This document shows positions 53,151 through 64,000 of a DNA stretch of 64,000 nt, piece by piece. The DNA lies in the NCBI GenBank assembly GCA_963731055.1, contig CAVSUD010000009.1, forward strand, positions 196,428 through 260,427. The letters are read 5' to 3'. The position numbers were made by a program, and so were the translations under genes. The number at the start of each line of letters is the position of its first letter. The stretch's first letter is position 1. The notes under the pieces are model-generated. The model searched no databases, had not been told where the DNA came from, and saw only the letters and a program-made list of their open reading frames with translations. The DNA comes from an uncultured Actinomycetes bacterium (GTDB lineage: Bacteria > Actinomycetota > Acidimicrobiia > Acidimicrobiales > CADCTF01).

Positions 53151-54388
53151 CTGCTCCGAACGTTGACATGCTCGACGCCATGCGGCAGATCGCCGAGCTC
53201 CGGGGCATCCCGGTCCAGACGCTGTTCGAGGCCCTCGCCAACGCCCTCGAGACCGCCTACAAGCGCATGCCGGGAGCGTGGGAGAACAGCTGGGTCGACA
53301 TCGATCCGGACACCGGCGACTACCACATCTGGGCCCAGGAGCTCGATGCCGAGGGTGCCCCGCTCGGCGAGGAGTTCGAGGTCGAGAAGGACGAGGCCGC
53401 CTTCGGGCGCATCGCCGCCCAGACGGCCAAGCAGGTCATGAGCCAGCGCATCCGCGAGGTCGAGCGCGACCAGAAGTACGAGGAGTACGCCGGCCGCGAG
53501 GGCGACATCGTCACCGGCATCATCCAGCAGAGCGACCACCGCTACACGCTGCTCGACCTCGGCAAGGTCGAGGCGCTGCTGCCCCAGGCCGAGCAGGTGC
53601 CCCACGAGCGCTACGAGCGCGGCGCCCGCCTGAAGGCCTACATCGTCGAGGTCCGCAAGACCACCAAGGGCCCGCAGATCGTCGTGTCCCGCACCCACCC
53701 GGGCCTCATCAAGCGCCTGTTCGAGCTCGAGGTCCCCGAGATCGTCGAGCGGCGTCGTCGAGATCAAGGCCTGCGCCCGCGAGCCAGGCCACCGCACCAA
53801 GATCGCCGTCTGGTCGAACGACCCGAACGTCGACCCCGTCGGCGCCTGCGTCGGCGCCCGTGGCGCCCGCGTCCGCATGGTCACCAACGAGCTGCGCGGC
53901 GAGAAGGTCGACATCGTCCCCTACTCCGAGGACCCGGCCGAGTTCGTGATGCGGGCCCTGCAGCCGGCCAAGGTCAAGGAGGTCCGCCTCGACGACGAGA
54001 CCGGCATCGCCACCGTCATCGTCCACGACTTCCAGCTGTCGCTCGCCATCGGCCGGGAGGGCCAGAACGCCCGCCTCGCCGGCCGCCTCACGGGCTGGGA
54101 GATCGAGATCAAGTCCGAGACGCAGCTGGCCGAGGAGGAGGAGTCGCCAACCGGACTGGGCCGAGGGCGAGTGGGTCGACGACGAGGCCGGCGAGATGGT
54201 GTGGCAGCCGGCCGAGGGCGGCGAGGCCATGCCGCCGAGGCCTACTACGCCGAGCCGCCGCGTGGCCGAGGCCAACCGACGCCGACGAGGCGACGCCGAC
54301 GACGCCGATCCGGAGGCCGACGGCCGCCGACCGGCGACGGCGACCGCCGCCGGCGCTCTCGACGAGGCCGCGGCGAGACCCCGCCTGA
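53147..54388 (+). CDS. nusA: transcription termination/antitermination factor NusA (>=3 frameshifts; 3' end uncertain)
   Basis: ATG 53147 overlaps the rimP stop. NTD MLDAMRQIAELRGIPVQTLFEALANALETAYKR, S1 domain GDIVTGIIQQSDHRYTLLDLGKVEALLPQAEQ, KH domains DPVGACVGARGARVRMVTNELRGEKVDIV and LSLAIGREGQNARLAGRLTGWEIEIKSE. Acidic tail DWAEGEWVDDEAGEMVW. Confidence 0.85.
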   Translation: MTAPNVDMLDAMRQIAELRGIPVQTLFEALANALETAYKRMPGAWENSWVDIDPDTGDYHIWAQELDAEGAPLGEEFEVEKDEAAFGRIAAQTAKQVMSQRIREVERDQKYEEYAGREGDIVTGIIQQSDHRYTLLDLGKVEALLPQAEQVPHERYERGARLKAYIVEVRKTTKGPQIVVSRTHPGLIKRLFELEVPEIVERRRRDQGLRPRARPPHQDRRLVERPERRPRRRLRRRPWRPRPHGHQRAARREGRHRPLLRGPGRVRDAGPAAGQGQGGPPRRRDRHRHRHRPRLPAVARHRPGGPERPPRRPPHGLGDRDQVRDAAGRGGGVANRTGPRASGSTTRPARWCGSRPRAARPCRRGLLRRAAAWPRPTDADEATPTTPIRRPTAADRRRRPPPALSTRPRRDPA

Positions 54389-54389
54389 C

Positions 54390-54642
54390 ACGCGGAGGCG
54401 ACGACGCCCAGCGGACCTGCATCGGTTGCCGCACAGGCGGCCGAAGCTGGGACACTCGGTACGGATCGTCCGCTCGGACGACGGCTCGCTGGCCGTCGGG
54501 CGGACGCTTCCCGGTCGAGGCGCGTGGCTCTGCGACGCGTCACGTGGCCTGTCTGGATCTCGCCCTGCGCCGCAAGGCGTTCGGGCGGGCGTTCCCGGGC
54601 TCCGATCCGCGACGGAGCGCGCCCGAATCGCTTCGTGCGTAG
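54390..54642 (+). CDS. ylxR: YlxR (DUF448) family RNA-binding protein (frameshifted; start uncertain)
   Basis: RTCIGCR, VRIVRSDDGSLAVGRTLPGRGAWLC and LALRRKAFGRAF lie in alternating frames (ORFs 54196.., 53877..). Canonical nusA-ylxR-infB position. Confidence 0.6.
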
Positions 54643-54719
54643 CCTCGATCGGAACGTGCGAGGATCGGTAGCTGCCGACATGTAACGGTCGAATGCAGTT
54701 CGAGAGGAACCCTCACCCC

Positions 54720-57700
54720 TTGCCTCAGCAAGAAGATCCGGGTCCACGAGCTGGCCGTGAAGCTCGGCCTGACGAACAAGGAAGCTGCTCGACCTCTGCC
54801 GACGCTCGGCATCGGGGTGAAGACCCACTCCTCACATCGAGGACGCACAAGCCGACCGGGTCCGCCGCAAGGCCGACCGCGAGGGACTCGTCGCGACGTG
54901 TCGCCGCCCGAGCCCGAGTCGCCGAAGAAGAAGGCGGCCGGCGCCAAGAGGCCGCCGCGGCCGTCGCCGCCGAGCCCGCCCCCGTCGCTTCGACGCCTGA
55001 GGTCCCGCCGACCGAGCCCGCCGTGTCCGCACCGGCGGCCGCCGCCGTGACGCGCCGCCGGCCACCGCCGACGCCCGCGCGGCGCCCCCGGAGCTGACCA
55101 CCCGTCCCGCCCGCGAGGACCTCGACGGCGGCGACCTGCCGCCGGCGGCCGTCGCGGCTTCCGCCGCGCCGACCCCGGCCCCGGCCCCGACCCCGAGCGC
55201 CCCCTCCGGACGCATCTCGAGCCGGCCCACCTCGCCGCCGCCCCGCCCGCCCGGCCCGGTCGAGCGCCCTGCCTCCGCCGGCGGTCCGGTCCCGCCCCCC
55301 GGCCCCAGACCGCGCCCGAGGCCCCGCGTCCCACGCCGCCTCGGCCGCGCCGAGCGCGCCGTCGGCGCCGGCTGCTCCGCGCCGGCGCCGTCCGAGCCCG
55401 ACCAGTGACCCCGGCAGCGGCCCCGGCCGGCCGGTGGCGCCGCCCGCGCCCGGCGGTCGTGCGCCCATCCCGGCGCCGCCGCGCCGCCCGCCGCTGGCGG
55501 CACCGGCAAGCCGATCCCGCCGCCCCCCGGCACGCGCCCCCGATGTCGCGCACCGGCAAGCCGATCCCGCCCCCGCCCGGCATGGGTGGCCGCCCGATGC
55601 CGCCCGGCGGCGTCGGTCGTCCCGGCGGCCCCGGCCGGCCGGCCGGTGGCCCGGCTTCCGGCGGTCCCGGCGGTCCCCGCCGGCGGTGCCGGCCGTCCCG
55701 CGCTTCGGTGGCGGCGGCGGTGCCGGTCGTCCCGGTGGCCCCGGCGGTCCCGGTGGCGGCGGCTTCGGCGGTCGTCCCGGTGGTCCCGGCGGCGGCCCCG
55801 GTGGTCCTGGCGGTCGTCCCGGTGGTGGACGTTCGCCGGCGGCGGACGTCGTCGTCGCTCGCGGTCGTCGTCGTCGCAACGACGAGGAGCTCGAAGGCGC
55901 AGGAGCTCACCCGCTACACGCAGCGTCGACGCGCCCGTCCCCGAGGGCGAGGTCGTCATCGAGCGCGGCTCCACCGCCCAGGACATCGCCCCGAAGCTCA
56001 ACCGACCCCGGCCGACGTCATCCGCTTCCTGCTCCAGCAGGGCGAGATGGTCACGGCCACCATGTCGCTGTCCGACGAGGCGATCGAGCTGTTCGCCGCC
56101 GAGATCGGCGCCGACGTGCGTCTCGTCGAGCCCGGCACGGCCCAGGAGGCCGAGCTGGCGCTCAAGTACTTCGACGAACGACGACGACGACGAGGAGTCG
56201 CTGCGGCCCCGCCCGCCGGTCATCACGGTCATGGGCCACGTCGACCACGGCAAGACCACGCTGCTCGACAAGATCCGCAAGGCCAACGTCGTCGCCGGCG
56301 AGGCCGGCGGCATCACCCAGCACATCGGCGCCTACCAGGTCGAGCTGGACGGCGCGCAGATCACCTTCATCGACACCCCGGGCCACGCCGCCTTCACGGC
56401 CATGCGCGCCCGGGGCGCCGAGGTCACCGACATCGTCATCCTCGTGGTGGCGGCCGACGACGGCGTGATGCCGCAGACGCGTCGAGGCGATCGCCCACGC
56501 CAAGGCGGCCGAGGTGCCGATCGTGGTGGCCATCAACCGGATGGACCGCGAGGACGCCAACCCCGACCGGGTCAAGCAGCAGCTCTCCGACCTCGGGCCT
56601 CGTGCCCGAGGACTGGGGCGGCGACACGATCACGGTGCCGATCTCGGCCCTCCGGAGCCAGGGCATCGACGAGCTCCTCGAGCAGGTGCTCCTCGTGCGA
56701 CGTCGACCTCGAGGAGCTCACGGCCAACCCCGAGGGCAAGCGCCCGCGGCGTCGTCCTCGAGGCCAACCTCGACGTCGGCCGGGCCCCGTGGCCACCGTG
56801 CTGGTGGAGAACGGCACCCTCCGGGTCGGCGACTTCATCGTGGCCGGCGCGGCCTGGGGCAAGGTCCGGGCGCTCATCGACGACAAGGGCAAGCAGGTCA
56901 AGGAAGCCTTGCCGTCCACGCCGGTCCAGGTGCTCGGCTTCAACGAGCCGCCGCCGCCGGCGACGAGTTCCGCGCCACCAAGGACGACAGAGCACCGCCC
57001 GCACGGTCGGCGAGGCTGCGCGCGCAACGCCCGCCGCTTCCGCGACCAGCGGTCCACGGCGTCGGTCATGGGCAACGTGGGCTCGGGCGCCAAGCTCGAG
57101 GACATCTTCGAGCAGATCCAGCGGGGCGAGACGGCCACGCTGAACCTGATCGTGAAGGCCGACGTGCAGGGCTCGCTCGAGGCCGTCACCGAGAGCCTCC
57201 AGCAAGCTCGAGCGCGACGAGGTGAAGCGTCGGCTTCGTCCACCGGGCCGTCGGCGGCATCACCGAGAACAACGTGCAGCTGGCCGCCACCGTCCAACGC
57301 CACGATCATCGGCTTCAACGTCCGACCGGACCGCAAGGCCCGTGACATGGCCGGGGCAGCAGGACGTGGAGATCCGCACCTACGAGATCATCTACAAGCT
57401 CCTCGAGGACGTCGAGTCCGCCATGGTCGGCATGCTGGCGCCGGAGTACGAAGAGGTCATCACCGGCGAGGCCGAGGTCCGGGCCATCTTCACGATGCCC
57501 CAGTCGGCACCGTCGCCGGCTGCATGGTCCTCAACGGCACCATCACCCGCGGCTCGAAGGTCCGCTTCCTCCGCGAAGGCGTCATCATCTGGAAGGGCGC
57601 GCTTCACCTCGCTGCGCATCGTCAAGGACGACGTCCGCGAGGTCCGCGCCGGGTTCGAGTGCGGCATCGGCCTCACGAACAACCAGGACCTCCAGCGACG

Positions 57701-57747
57701 GGGACATCATCGAGACCTACGAGGAGCGGGAGATCCCCCGCACGTAG
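54720..57747 (+). CDS. infB: translation initiation factor IF-2 (many frameshifts, especially in the Pro/Gly-rich linker)
   Basis: [19 protein letters not shown] near a TTG at 54720 (RBS GAGAGGA). Linker at 55.0-55.9 kb. G domain [80 protein letters not shown]. Then [21 protein letters not shown] and IIGFNVRPD. End [18 protein letters not shown] (57745-57747). Confidence 0.9.
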
Positions 57748-58148
57748 TGGCGCCGCCCAACCGAAGGGGCCGGTCGTCCCACACCCGCCGCTACCCCCGC
57801 ACGGCCCGCATCAACGAGGTCCTGCGCGAGATCCTCGCCGAGGCCCTCGAGCACATCAGCGGCAACGACGACCGGCTCGACCTGGTGACGATCACCGGCA
57901 TCGAGTGCGACCCCGACCTGCGCCAGGCCACGGTCTTCTACAGCGCGCGCACCGAAGGTGCCGAAGAAGCGTTGCAACAGAACCGCGTCCGCCTGCAGGC
58001 GGCCATCGCCAAGGAGACGCGCCTCAAGCGAACACCACAGCTGTCGTTCGTGGTGGACTCTGGGGTGACGACCGGATGGCGCATCGAGGCGCTGTTGAAG
58101 GGACTGGAAGAGACCGAGGATGAGACCGGGGACGAGCGAGGATCTTGA
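57747..58148 (+). CDS. rbfA: ribosome-binding factor A
   Basis: GTG 57747 in ORF 57222..58148. [46 protein letters not shown]. Intact. Confidence 0.9.
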   Translation: MAPPNRRGRSSHTRRYPRTARINEVLREILAEALEHISGNDDRLDLVTITGIECDPDLRQATVFYSARTEGAEEALQQNRVRLQAAIAKETRLKRTPQLSFVVDSGVTTGWRIEALLKGLEETEDETGDERGS

Positions 58149-59119
58149 CGCCGCCGTCGAGGTGATCGGCGCGGCGCCGGCCCTGGCCCTGGCCTGCCAC
58201 CTCGGCCCGGACGGCGACGCCCTCGGCTCGATGCTGGCCCTGCACCACCTGGCCCGCGCGCAGGGGGTGGCGTCGGTGGCGTCGTGGTCCGAGCCCTTCG
58301 TGGTCGCACCCCACTACCGCTTCCTGCCGGGCCTCGACCTGGCGTCGCCCCCGGCCCAGTTCCCGGAGGCGCCCGAGGTGATGGTCACCTTCGACTGCGG
58401 CTCCGTCCAGCGCCTCGGCGACCTGGCGTGGCCGGCCAAGGCCGCCCGCACCCTCGTCGTCCTCGACCACCACGCGTCCAACGACCGGTTCGGGTCGATC
58501 AACGTCGTCGACGTCGACGCGGCGGCCACCGCCGTGGTCGTGCGCGGAGCTGGCCCGCCGCCTCGACTGGCCCCTCACCTCGCGACGCCGCCCTCTGCCT
58601 CTACACCGGTCTCGTCACCGACACCGGGCGGTTCCAGTACGACAACACCACGCCCGAGGTGTTCGAGCTGGCCCGCGAGCTGGCCACCTTCGACCTGCCC
58701 GATCGCGGTCATCACGCGGCAGCTGTTCGAGGAGCACCGTTCCGCTACCTGAAGCTGGTCGGCGCCTGCCTCGGCCCGCGCCGAGCTCGACGGCGAGCTC
58801 GGCTTCGTGGCCACCTGGGTCACGAACTTCGACCTCGACGGGTTCGACGTCGGCGTCGACGAGACCGAGGGGCTGATCGACCTCGTGCGCCGCACCTCCG
58901 AGGCCGAGATCGCCTGCGTGTGCAAGGAGACCGACGGAGGGGTCCGGGTCTCGCTGCGATCCGTCTCCGACCTCGACGTCGGCGCCGTGGCCGCCCGCTT
59001 CGGCGGCGGCGGCCACCGCTACGCCGCCGGGTTCGTGGCGCCGCTACCCGGTCGACCGGCGTGCTGCGACGGCATCGAGGCCGCCCTCCGCGAGCACGCG
59101 CGAAGCCCAGTCCGACTCG
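58120..59119 (+). CDS. nrnA: DHH-family phosphoesterase NrnA-like (>=3 frameshifts; no stop found in any frame near the expected end)
   Basis: [31 protein letters not shown] (DHH), [14 protein letters not shown], and DHHA1 motif [13 protein letters not shown] (ORFs 58120.., 58284.., 58807..). Confidence 0.8.
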
Positions 59120-59966
59120 TTGCATCGACGGCCTCGTCGTCGTCGACAAGCCGCCGGGCTGGACGTCGCCACGACGTCGTCGCCAAGCTCCGCGGGCGTA
59201 CCGGCCAGCGCAGGTCGGTCACGCCGGCACCCTCGACCCCGACGCCACCGGCGTGCTGCTCGTCGGTCTCGGCCGGGCGACCCGGCTGCTGCGCTACCTC
59301 GCCGAGGCTGCCCAAGACCTACAAGGGCGAGGTCGTGCTCGGCACGTCGACTCGACCCTCGACGCCGCCGGCGAGGTCACCGGCCATGCGGACGATGCCC
59401 GGTGACGCTCGAGGACGTCGCAGGCGGCCGCCGCCCGCTTCGTCGGCGACATCCAGCAGGTGCCGCCGATGGTGTCGGCGGTGAAGGTCGGACGGGAAGC
59501 GGCTGCACGAGCTGGCCCGCGCGGGCATCGAGGTCGAGCGGGAGGCGCGGCCCGGTCACGGTCCACCGTTCTCGACGTCGCCGCCGACGGCCGACCCGCA
59601 CGTGTTCGCCGTCGAGGTCGAGTGCTCGTCGGGCACCTACATCCGCACGCTCGCCGCCGACCTCGGCACCGCCCTCGGCGGCGGCGCCCACCTCCGCAAC
59701 CTGCGGCGCACCGCCATCGGCTCGTTCACGCTCGACCGAGGCCCATCCCCTCGAGGTGCTCACCGAGGACCATGCATCCCACCGGCCGCCGCCCTGCGCG
59801 ACTACCCGTCCGTCGAGGTCGATGCGGACGGCTTGGTGGCGGTCGGCGTACGGCCGGCGCATCGACGGCCTCCCCGCCGGCACCGTCGGGCTGCGCTCGG
59901 CCGCCGGCGATCTCGTCGCCGTCTACGAGGACGGCAAGCCGGCCGTCGTGTCTGGCGCCGGCGTAG
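59120..59966 (+). CDS. truB: tRNA pseudouridine55 synthase TruB (>=5 frameshifts as assembled)
   Basis: [51 protein letters not shown] (catalytic Asp), [57 protein letters not shown]. Both ends approximate. Confidence 0.85.
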
Positions 59967-60036
59967 TCGTCGGGTTCGTTCGGCGGGCGGCTGCTCGCGG
60001 GCGCTCCCGACGCCGCCGGTTAGCCTCGCCCGCACG

Positions 60037-60983
60037 ATGGAGGTGGTCACCGACCCGGCCGCGTGCCCCGCGCCCGCCGGAGGGCGCAGTGGTCACGATC
60101 GGCGTCTACGACGGCGTGCACCTCGGGCACCGTGCCCTCATCGGACGGGTGCGGGCCATGGCGGCCGAGTCGGGGGCGGGGACCGCGGTGGTCACGTTCG
60201 ACCGGCACCCCGCCGCCGTCGTCCGCCCGGAGTCGGCGCCCCTCCTGCTCACCGACCTCGACCAGCGGATCGAGCTGCTGGCGTCGACCGGCGTCGACCG
60301 CACGCTCGTCGTCCCCTTCGACCGGGAGCGGGCCGCGGAGTCGGCCGAGGACTTCGTCCGGGAGATCCTCGTCGGCTGCCTCGGCGCCGTCGCCGTCGTC
60401 GTCGGCCACGACTTCCACTTCGGGCGGGACCGCGGCGGCAGCGTCCCGATGCTCCAGCGAGATGGGGGCCGAGCTCGGCTTCGACGTGCTCGGGATCAAC
60501 CTCGTGGGCGACGACGCGCCGAGCGAGGTCGGTGAGCTCGACCGCGCATCCGCGGCCTGCTCGCGCGAGGGCGACGTGGCCGCCGCCGCCCGACTTCTCG
60601 GCCGGCCCGCACGAGGTCCGCGGCGTCGTGCAGCACGGGCGACCAGCGCGGCCGGGAGCTCGGGTACCCGACTGCGAACGTCGCCGTACCGGGCGACATC
60701 TTGTTGCCGGCCGACGGCATCTACGCCGGCTGGTACGAGCAACCGGACGGCACGATCCACCCGACGGCGATCGTCGCTCGGCCGGCGCCCGACGTTCTAC
60801 GACGACGCCGAGCTCAGCCTCCTCGAGGTGCTACCTGCTCGACTTCGACGGCGACCTGTACGACCAGCCGGCCAAGGTCCGCTTCCTCCAGCGCCTGCGG
60901 GGCGAGGCAGGTTCGACTCGATCGAGGATCTCGTCGAGCAGATGGGTCGCGACGTCGACGCCGCCCGGCACCTGCTCCAGTAG
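60037..60983 (+). CDS. ribF: bifunctional riboflavin kinase/FAD synthetase (>=6 frameshifts as assembled)
   Basis: [127 protein letters not shown] (60981-60983). Confidence 0.9.
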
Positions 60984-60985
60984 CG

Positions 60986-61032
60986 GCTTCCCGGCGCGAA
61001 CGGACGCCATAGCCCCCGTTCGTGCCGGAAAG
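60986..61032. repeat. palindromic repeat element, copy B (between convergent ribF and arfB)
   Basis: GCTTCCCGGCGCGAACGG-ACGCCATAGCCC-CCGTTCGTGCCGGAAAG. It differs from copy A (51875-51922) at only a few positions and fills the 53-nt gap between the two stop codons. Confidence 0.7.
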
Positions 61033-61036
61033 TCCC

Positions 61037-61461
61037 TCAATCCTCGGGGGGACGGCGGTTGCGCTTGGTGTCGGAGCGGCGCTTCTTGGACTCGAGGCGG
61101 CGGAGCTGCGAGCCGCGGTGGGGGCGGTCGGCCGCCGGGTCCGCTCGACCCGCAGGGCTTCGGCCAAGCGGCCCCGGAGCCGCTCGAGCGCCAGGTCGCG
61201 ATTGCGCAGCTGGGACCGCTCGTCGTCGGCCGAGACCCGCACGACCGGACCGAGACGCTCGAGCAGTCGTTCCCGGTGGACCTCGAGCAGCGACGGCGAG
61301 GCGGCGACGTCGAATCGGACCTCGGCCCTCGTGTTCGAACGGTTGGCGTGCTGACCGCCGGGCCCTCCGCTGGGCGTGAACTTCCACTCGAGCTCGGCCC
61401 GCAGGATGACACACGACCGCGTCACCCGCAGCACCTCGGGGCTCGTCCCGTCGTCCGACAC
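61037..61461 (-). CDS. arfB: alternative ribosome-rescue factor ArfB (peptidyl-tRNA hydrolase, GGQ family; 1 frameshift near 61130)
   Basis: ORF 60814..61461(-) has [33 protein letters not shown]...[16 protein letters not shown]. The basic C-terminal tail [24 protein letters not shown] is in ORF 61037..61615(-). Confidence 0.8.
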
Positions 61462-61484
61462 GTCGATGACGGTACCGTCGCCGC

Positions 61485-63010
61485 ATGGACTGGCGGGTCC
61501 CGGACGGGGACGAGACGCGGACGTGGCGGCGGGGGTGGGGCGGGCCGCACCCCCGACTCGAACAGGACTGGTGGCTGGTGTCGGCCGAGCGCGAGGCGTC
61601 GTGCTGGCGCACCATCGGCTCCTTCGTCTGCCACCTCGACGCCCGCGCCTACGTCAACGGCTGGCCGTTCGAACGGGTGCCGGTCGACCCGCCCGAGGAG
61701 GTGCAGCGTCGGCGTGACGCCCACTCGGCCAAGGGCGATGCGGCCATCGACGCCGGCACCGACCTGTGGGAGGCGGAGATCCGTCCCGAGGTCGAGGCGT
61801 CCCACGCCGACCTTCGGCGCCGGCGTCCCCGCAAGGACGACGACCTCGCTGAGCTCGTCGCCCACGTGGAGCGGTGCATGGAGGCGGCGGCCCACATCAT
61901 GGGTGACCTCCACTGGCGGATGGCCTTCGGCATCCCTGGCGACTGGTCGACGGACTACCCGCGGCTGACCGGCGGGACGGCCGGTGACGCGGCCGTGTTC
62001 CTCCAGGGGATCGACCACGCCACCGAGCCGCCTGCTCAGGCGGCTGCGGGCCGTCGCCCGCTTGCACCGCGACGGCGATCTGAGGTTCGAGGCCGAGTTC
62101 GACGACCTGATCCGCCGCTTCGGCGCCCGCACGGGCCGGGGTTACGGCTCGACGGCGGGGTTCCGCGACGGCACGTGGGCCATGGACCCGAGCGCGGTGC
62201 GGGAGCTCGTCGAGCGCTACGCGAAGGCCGACCTCGATGCCATGGACGAGCGGGAGGCGGCGTCGTAGGCGGCCCGCCGAGCGGCCGTCCGGCGTCTGCG
62301 CCGGCGCTTCGCGGCGACCGAGCAGTGGCCGCAGGTGGAGCGGGCCCATCGCGCCGCCCTCGCGCGGTGCCGGGCCATGGAGAACCACAACCACCTGATG
62401 GAACAGGCCACCGAGGGCCTCCTTCGGGAGGCGATCCACTCGCCTGGGCGTCGCACTGGTCGCCGCCGACGTGCTCGACCGCCCCGACGACGTCTTCCAC
62501 CTCCACGTCGACGAGCTGCGGTTGGTGGCGGCCGACCGCGGCGACCGCCGCCCGCTCGTCACGGAGCGGGAGGCCGAACTGGAGGCGCAGGCCCTCCTCG
62601 AGCCGCCCCCGTTCCTCGGCGCACCGCCCGTGGAACCGCTGTCCGTCGGAGATCCGGGGGAGCGGCCGCCGATGGCCGAGAGCGGCCCCGACGAGCTCGT
62701 CGACACGGCGGCCTCGCCGGGCGTCGTCACCGGCACCGCCCGGGTCGTCGCCGACCGCGCCCGGGTTCCCGGACGTCGAGCCGGGTGACATCCTGGTGGC
62801 TCGCGACGCGGGCCCGGCCTGGACCCCGGTCTTCGCCCTCCTCAGCGGCCTCGTCCTCGACCAGGGCTGGACGATCCAACACGCCGCCAGCATCTGTCGA
62901 GGAGCTCGGGCATCCCGTGCGTGCTCGGGACCGGTATGGCCACGGCGACGATCACCGACGGCGCCACCATCACGGTCGACGGCGACGCCGGGGTCGTGCG
63001 GCGGCGGGCT
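61485..63010 (+). CDS. PEP-utilising-enzyme mobile-domain protein (>=4 frameshifts; 3' end uncertain)
   Basis: N-terminal helical region in ORF 61485... Fragments [30 protein letters not shown] and [14 protein letters not shown]. Swivel domain [66 protein letters not shown] with the phospho-His context. Confidence 0.6.
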
Positions 63011-63093
63011 GAGACGGTCGGCTGCCTATCCTGCACGGAGCGCTGCGGCACCCCTGCCGCCGTCATTACTGCGATTTCACCGAGGACCTCTGC

Positions 63094-63351
63094 ATGCCCG
63101 ACAAGCAGCGACGATCGCCGAGCACGCCAAGCACGAGACCGACACCGGGTCGCCCGAGGTGCAGATCGCGCTGCTCACGGCAGCGCATCAACCACCTCAA
63201 CGAGCACCTGCAAGGTGCACAAGCAGGACCACCACAGCCGCCGTGGCCTGCTGATGCTGGTCGGCCGGCGCAAGCGCCTCCGGCCTACCTGCCAAGAACG
63301 ACATCGAGCGGCTCCGCGCGATCAACGCCAAGCCTCGGCCTCCGCAAGCTA
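63094..63351 (+). CDS. rpsO: 30S ribosomal protein S15 (>=4 frameshifts as assembled)
   Basis: AEHAKHETDTGSPEVQIALLT, RINHLNEHL, VHKQDHHSRRGLLMLVGRRKRL and YLAKNDIERLRAINAKLGLRK are distributed over three frames. ATG 63094. Confidence 0.8.
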
Positions 63352-63360
63352 GCACCACCC

Positions 63361-63401
63361 GACAGGCGGCCGGGTCCTCCAACGAGGACGGGCCGCCTGT
63401 C
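63361..63401 (+). terminator. rpsO-pnp intergenic stem-loop (terminator / RNase III-type processing hairpin)
   Basis: GACAGGCGGCC-GGGTCCTC-CAAC-GAGGAC-GGGCCGCCTGTC forms two stacked helices with a small bulge. It starts ~10 nt after the rpsO stop and ends ~135 nt before the pnp ATG. Confidence 0.5.
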
Positions 63402-63534
63402 CACATCCCGGGGCCCGTGTGCCGGGCGTCAGTTGTCAGTGGCGATGCTCCCGGTCCGGCGGTCGGGTGCGCTCACCACTGGGAACTGGCGCGGGTCGCC
63501 GCTCCGGGCCCCTCACACAAGAGGAGCATGACCC

Positions 63535-64000
63535 ATGGCTGAAGCCATCTCCGTGTCGAGGCCCGCTATCAGCGGCACCGACAAGACCCTGACCTTCGAG
63601 ACCGGGCATGCTCGCCCCGCAGTCGCAGGGCGCCGTCGTCGCCCGCATCGGCGACACCCAGGTCCTCGTCACCGCCAACGGCGCCAAGGACGTCCGCGAG
63701 GGCATCGACTTCTTCCCCCTGACCGTCGACGTCGAGGAGAAGGCGTACGCCGCCGGCAAGATCCCCGGCTCGTTCTTCCGTCGTGAGGGCCGCCCGTCCG
63801 ACGACGCCATCCTCACCTGCCGCCTCATCGACCGCCCGCTGCGCCCGTCGTTCGCCGAGGGCTACCGCAACGAGACCCAGGTCGTCGTCACCGTCCTCGG
63901 CGCCGACCAGGAGAACCCCCACGACGTCCTCGCCATCAACGCGCGCCTCGCGCCGCGCTGATGCTCTCGGGCCTCCCCTTCGAGGGCCCGATCGGCGCCG
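63535..64000 (+). CDS. pnp: polyribonucleotide nucleotidyltransferase (PNPase), 5' part, truncated by the window end (>=2 frameshifts)
   Basis: RBS AAGAGGAG and ATG 63535. [98 protein letters not shown]. Confidence 0.9.

Noticed and set aside
54540-56325. Several 380-500-aa Pro/Gly/Arg-rich ORFs on both strands (collagen- or PE_PGRS-like appearance).
   Set aside because: They overlap the low-complexity Pro/Gly/Ala linker of IF-2. The flanking IF-2 N-terminal and G domains are in place, so no separate gene is needed.

Overview
High-GC (>70% in coding sequence by spot counts) actinobacterial chromosome segment, indicated by a WhiG-type sigma factor, a SepIVA-like protein, DUF2469, a Rip1/RseP-type protease and a MoxR/DUF58 cluster. 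The backbone is a long conserved housekeeping synteny: rsmD-coaD-(SepIVA-like)-yceD-rpmF-plsX-acpP-rnc-mutM | smc-ftsY-ffh-rpsP-KH-rimM-trmD-rplS-lepB-DUF2469-yraN | yifB-dprA-whiG | rpsB-tsf-pyrH-frr-cdsA-dxr-rseP-ispG | proS | rimP-nusA-ylxR-infB-rbfA-nrnA-truB-ribF | rpsO-pnp. I saw no rRNA, tRNA or CRISPR array.

Caveat: by my manual frame-tracking, about 48 of the 66 protein-coding loci I call are interrupted by 1-nt indels, including essential genes. The breaks fall in kb-scale patches. The simplest explanation is consensus or assembly error. For broken genes the coordinates are locus spans stitched across frames by eye, and a formal annotation would flag them as frameshifted or pseudo.

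Accessory content sits at a few insertion points:
- an intact IS1380-family element (5800-7490);
- a secreted propeller protein with six 41-aa repeats between smc and ftsY;
- a lipoprotein between ftsY and ffh;
- a 6.7-kb block between yraN and yifB (PLP enzyme, rhodanese micro-operon, enoyl-CoA hydratase, 5-gene MoxR/DUF58 operon);
- a block between whiG and rpsB (32.6-40.0 kb), the most interesting one.

The whiG-rpsB block encodes a whiG-coupled membrane protein and a hairpin-bracketed ~1010-aa membrane-anchored fibre-like protein. The fibre is made of ~60 decapeptide repeats and carries a D-x-N-V-T-T sequon array. The block also encodes a degenerate-LytM/alpha-beta-hydrolase fusion and a SpoIID-domain protein. 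I consider it the best candidate for an undescribed envelope or surface-appendage system. Every functional statement about it is inference from sequence.
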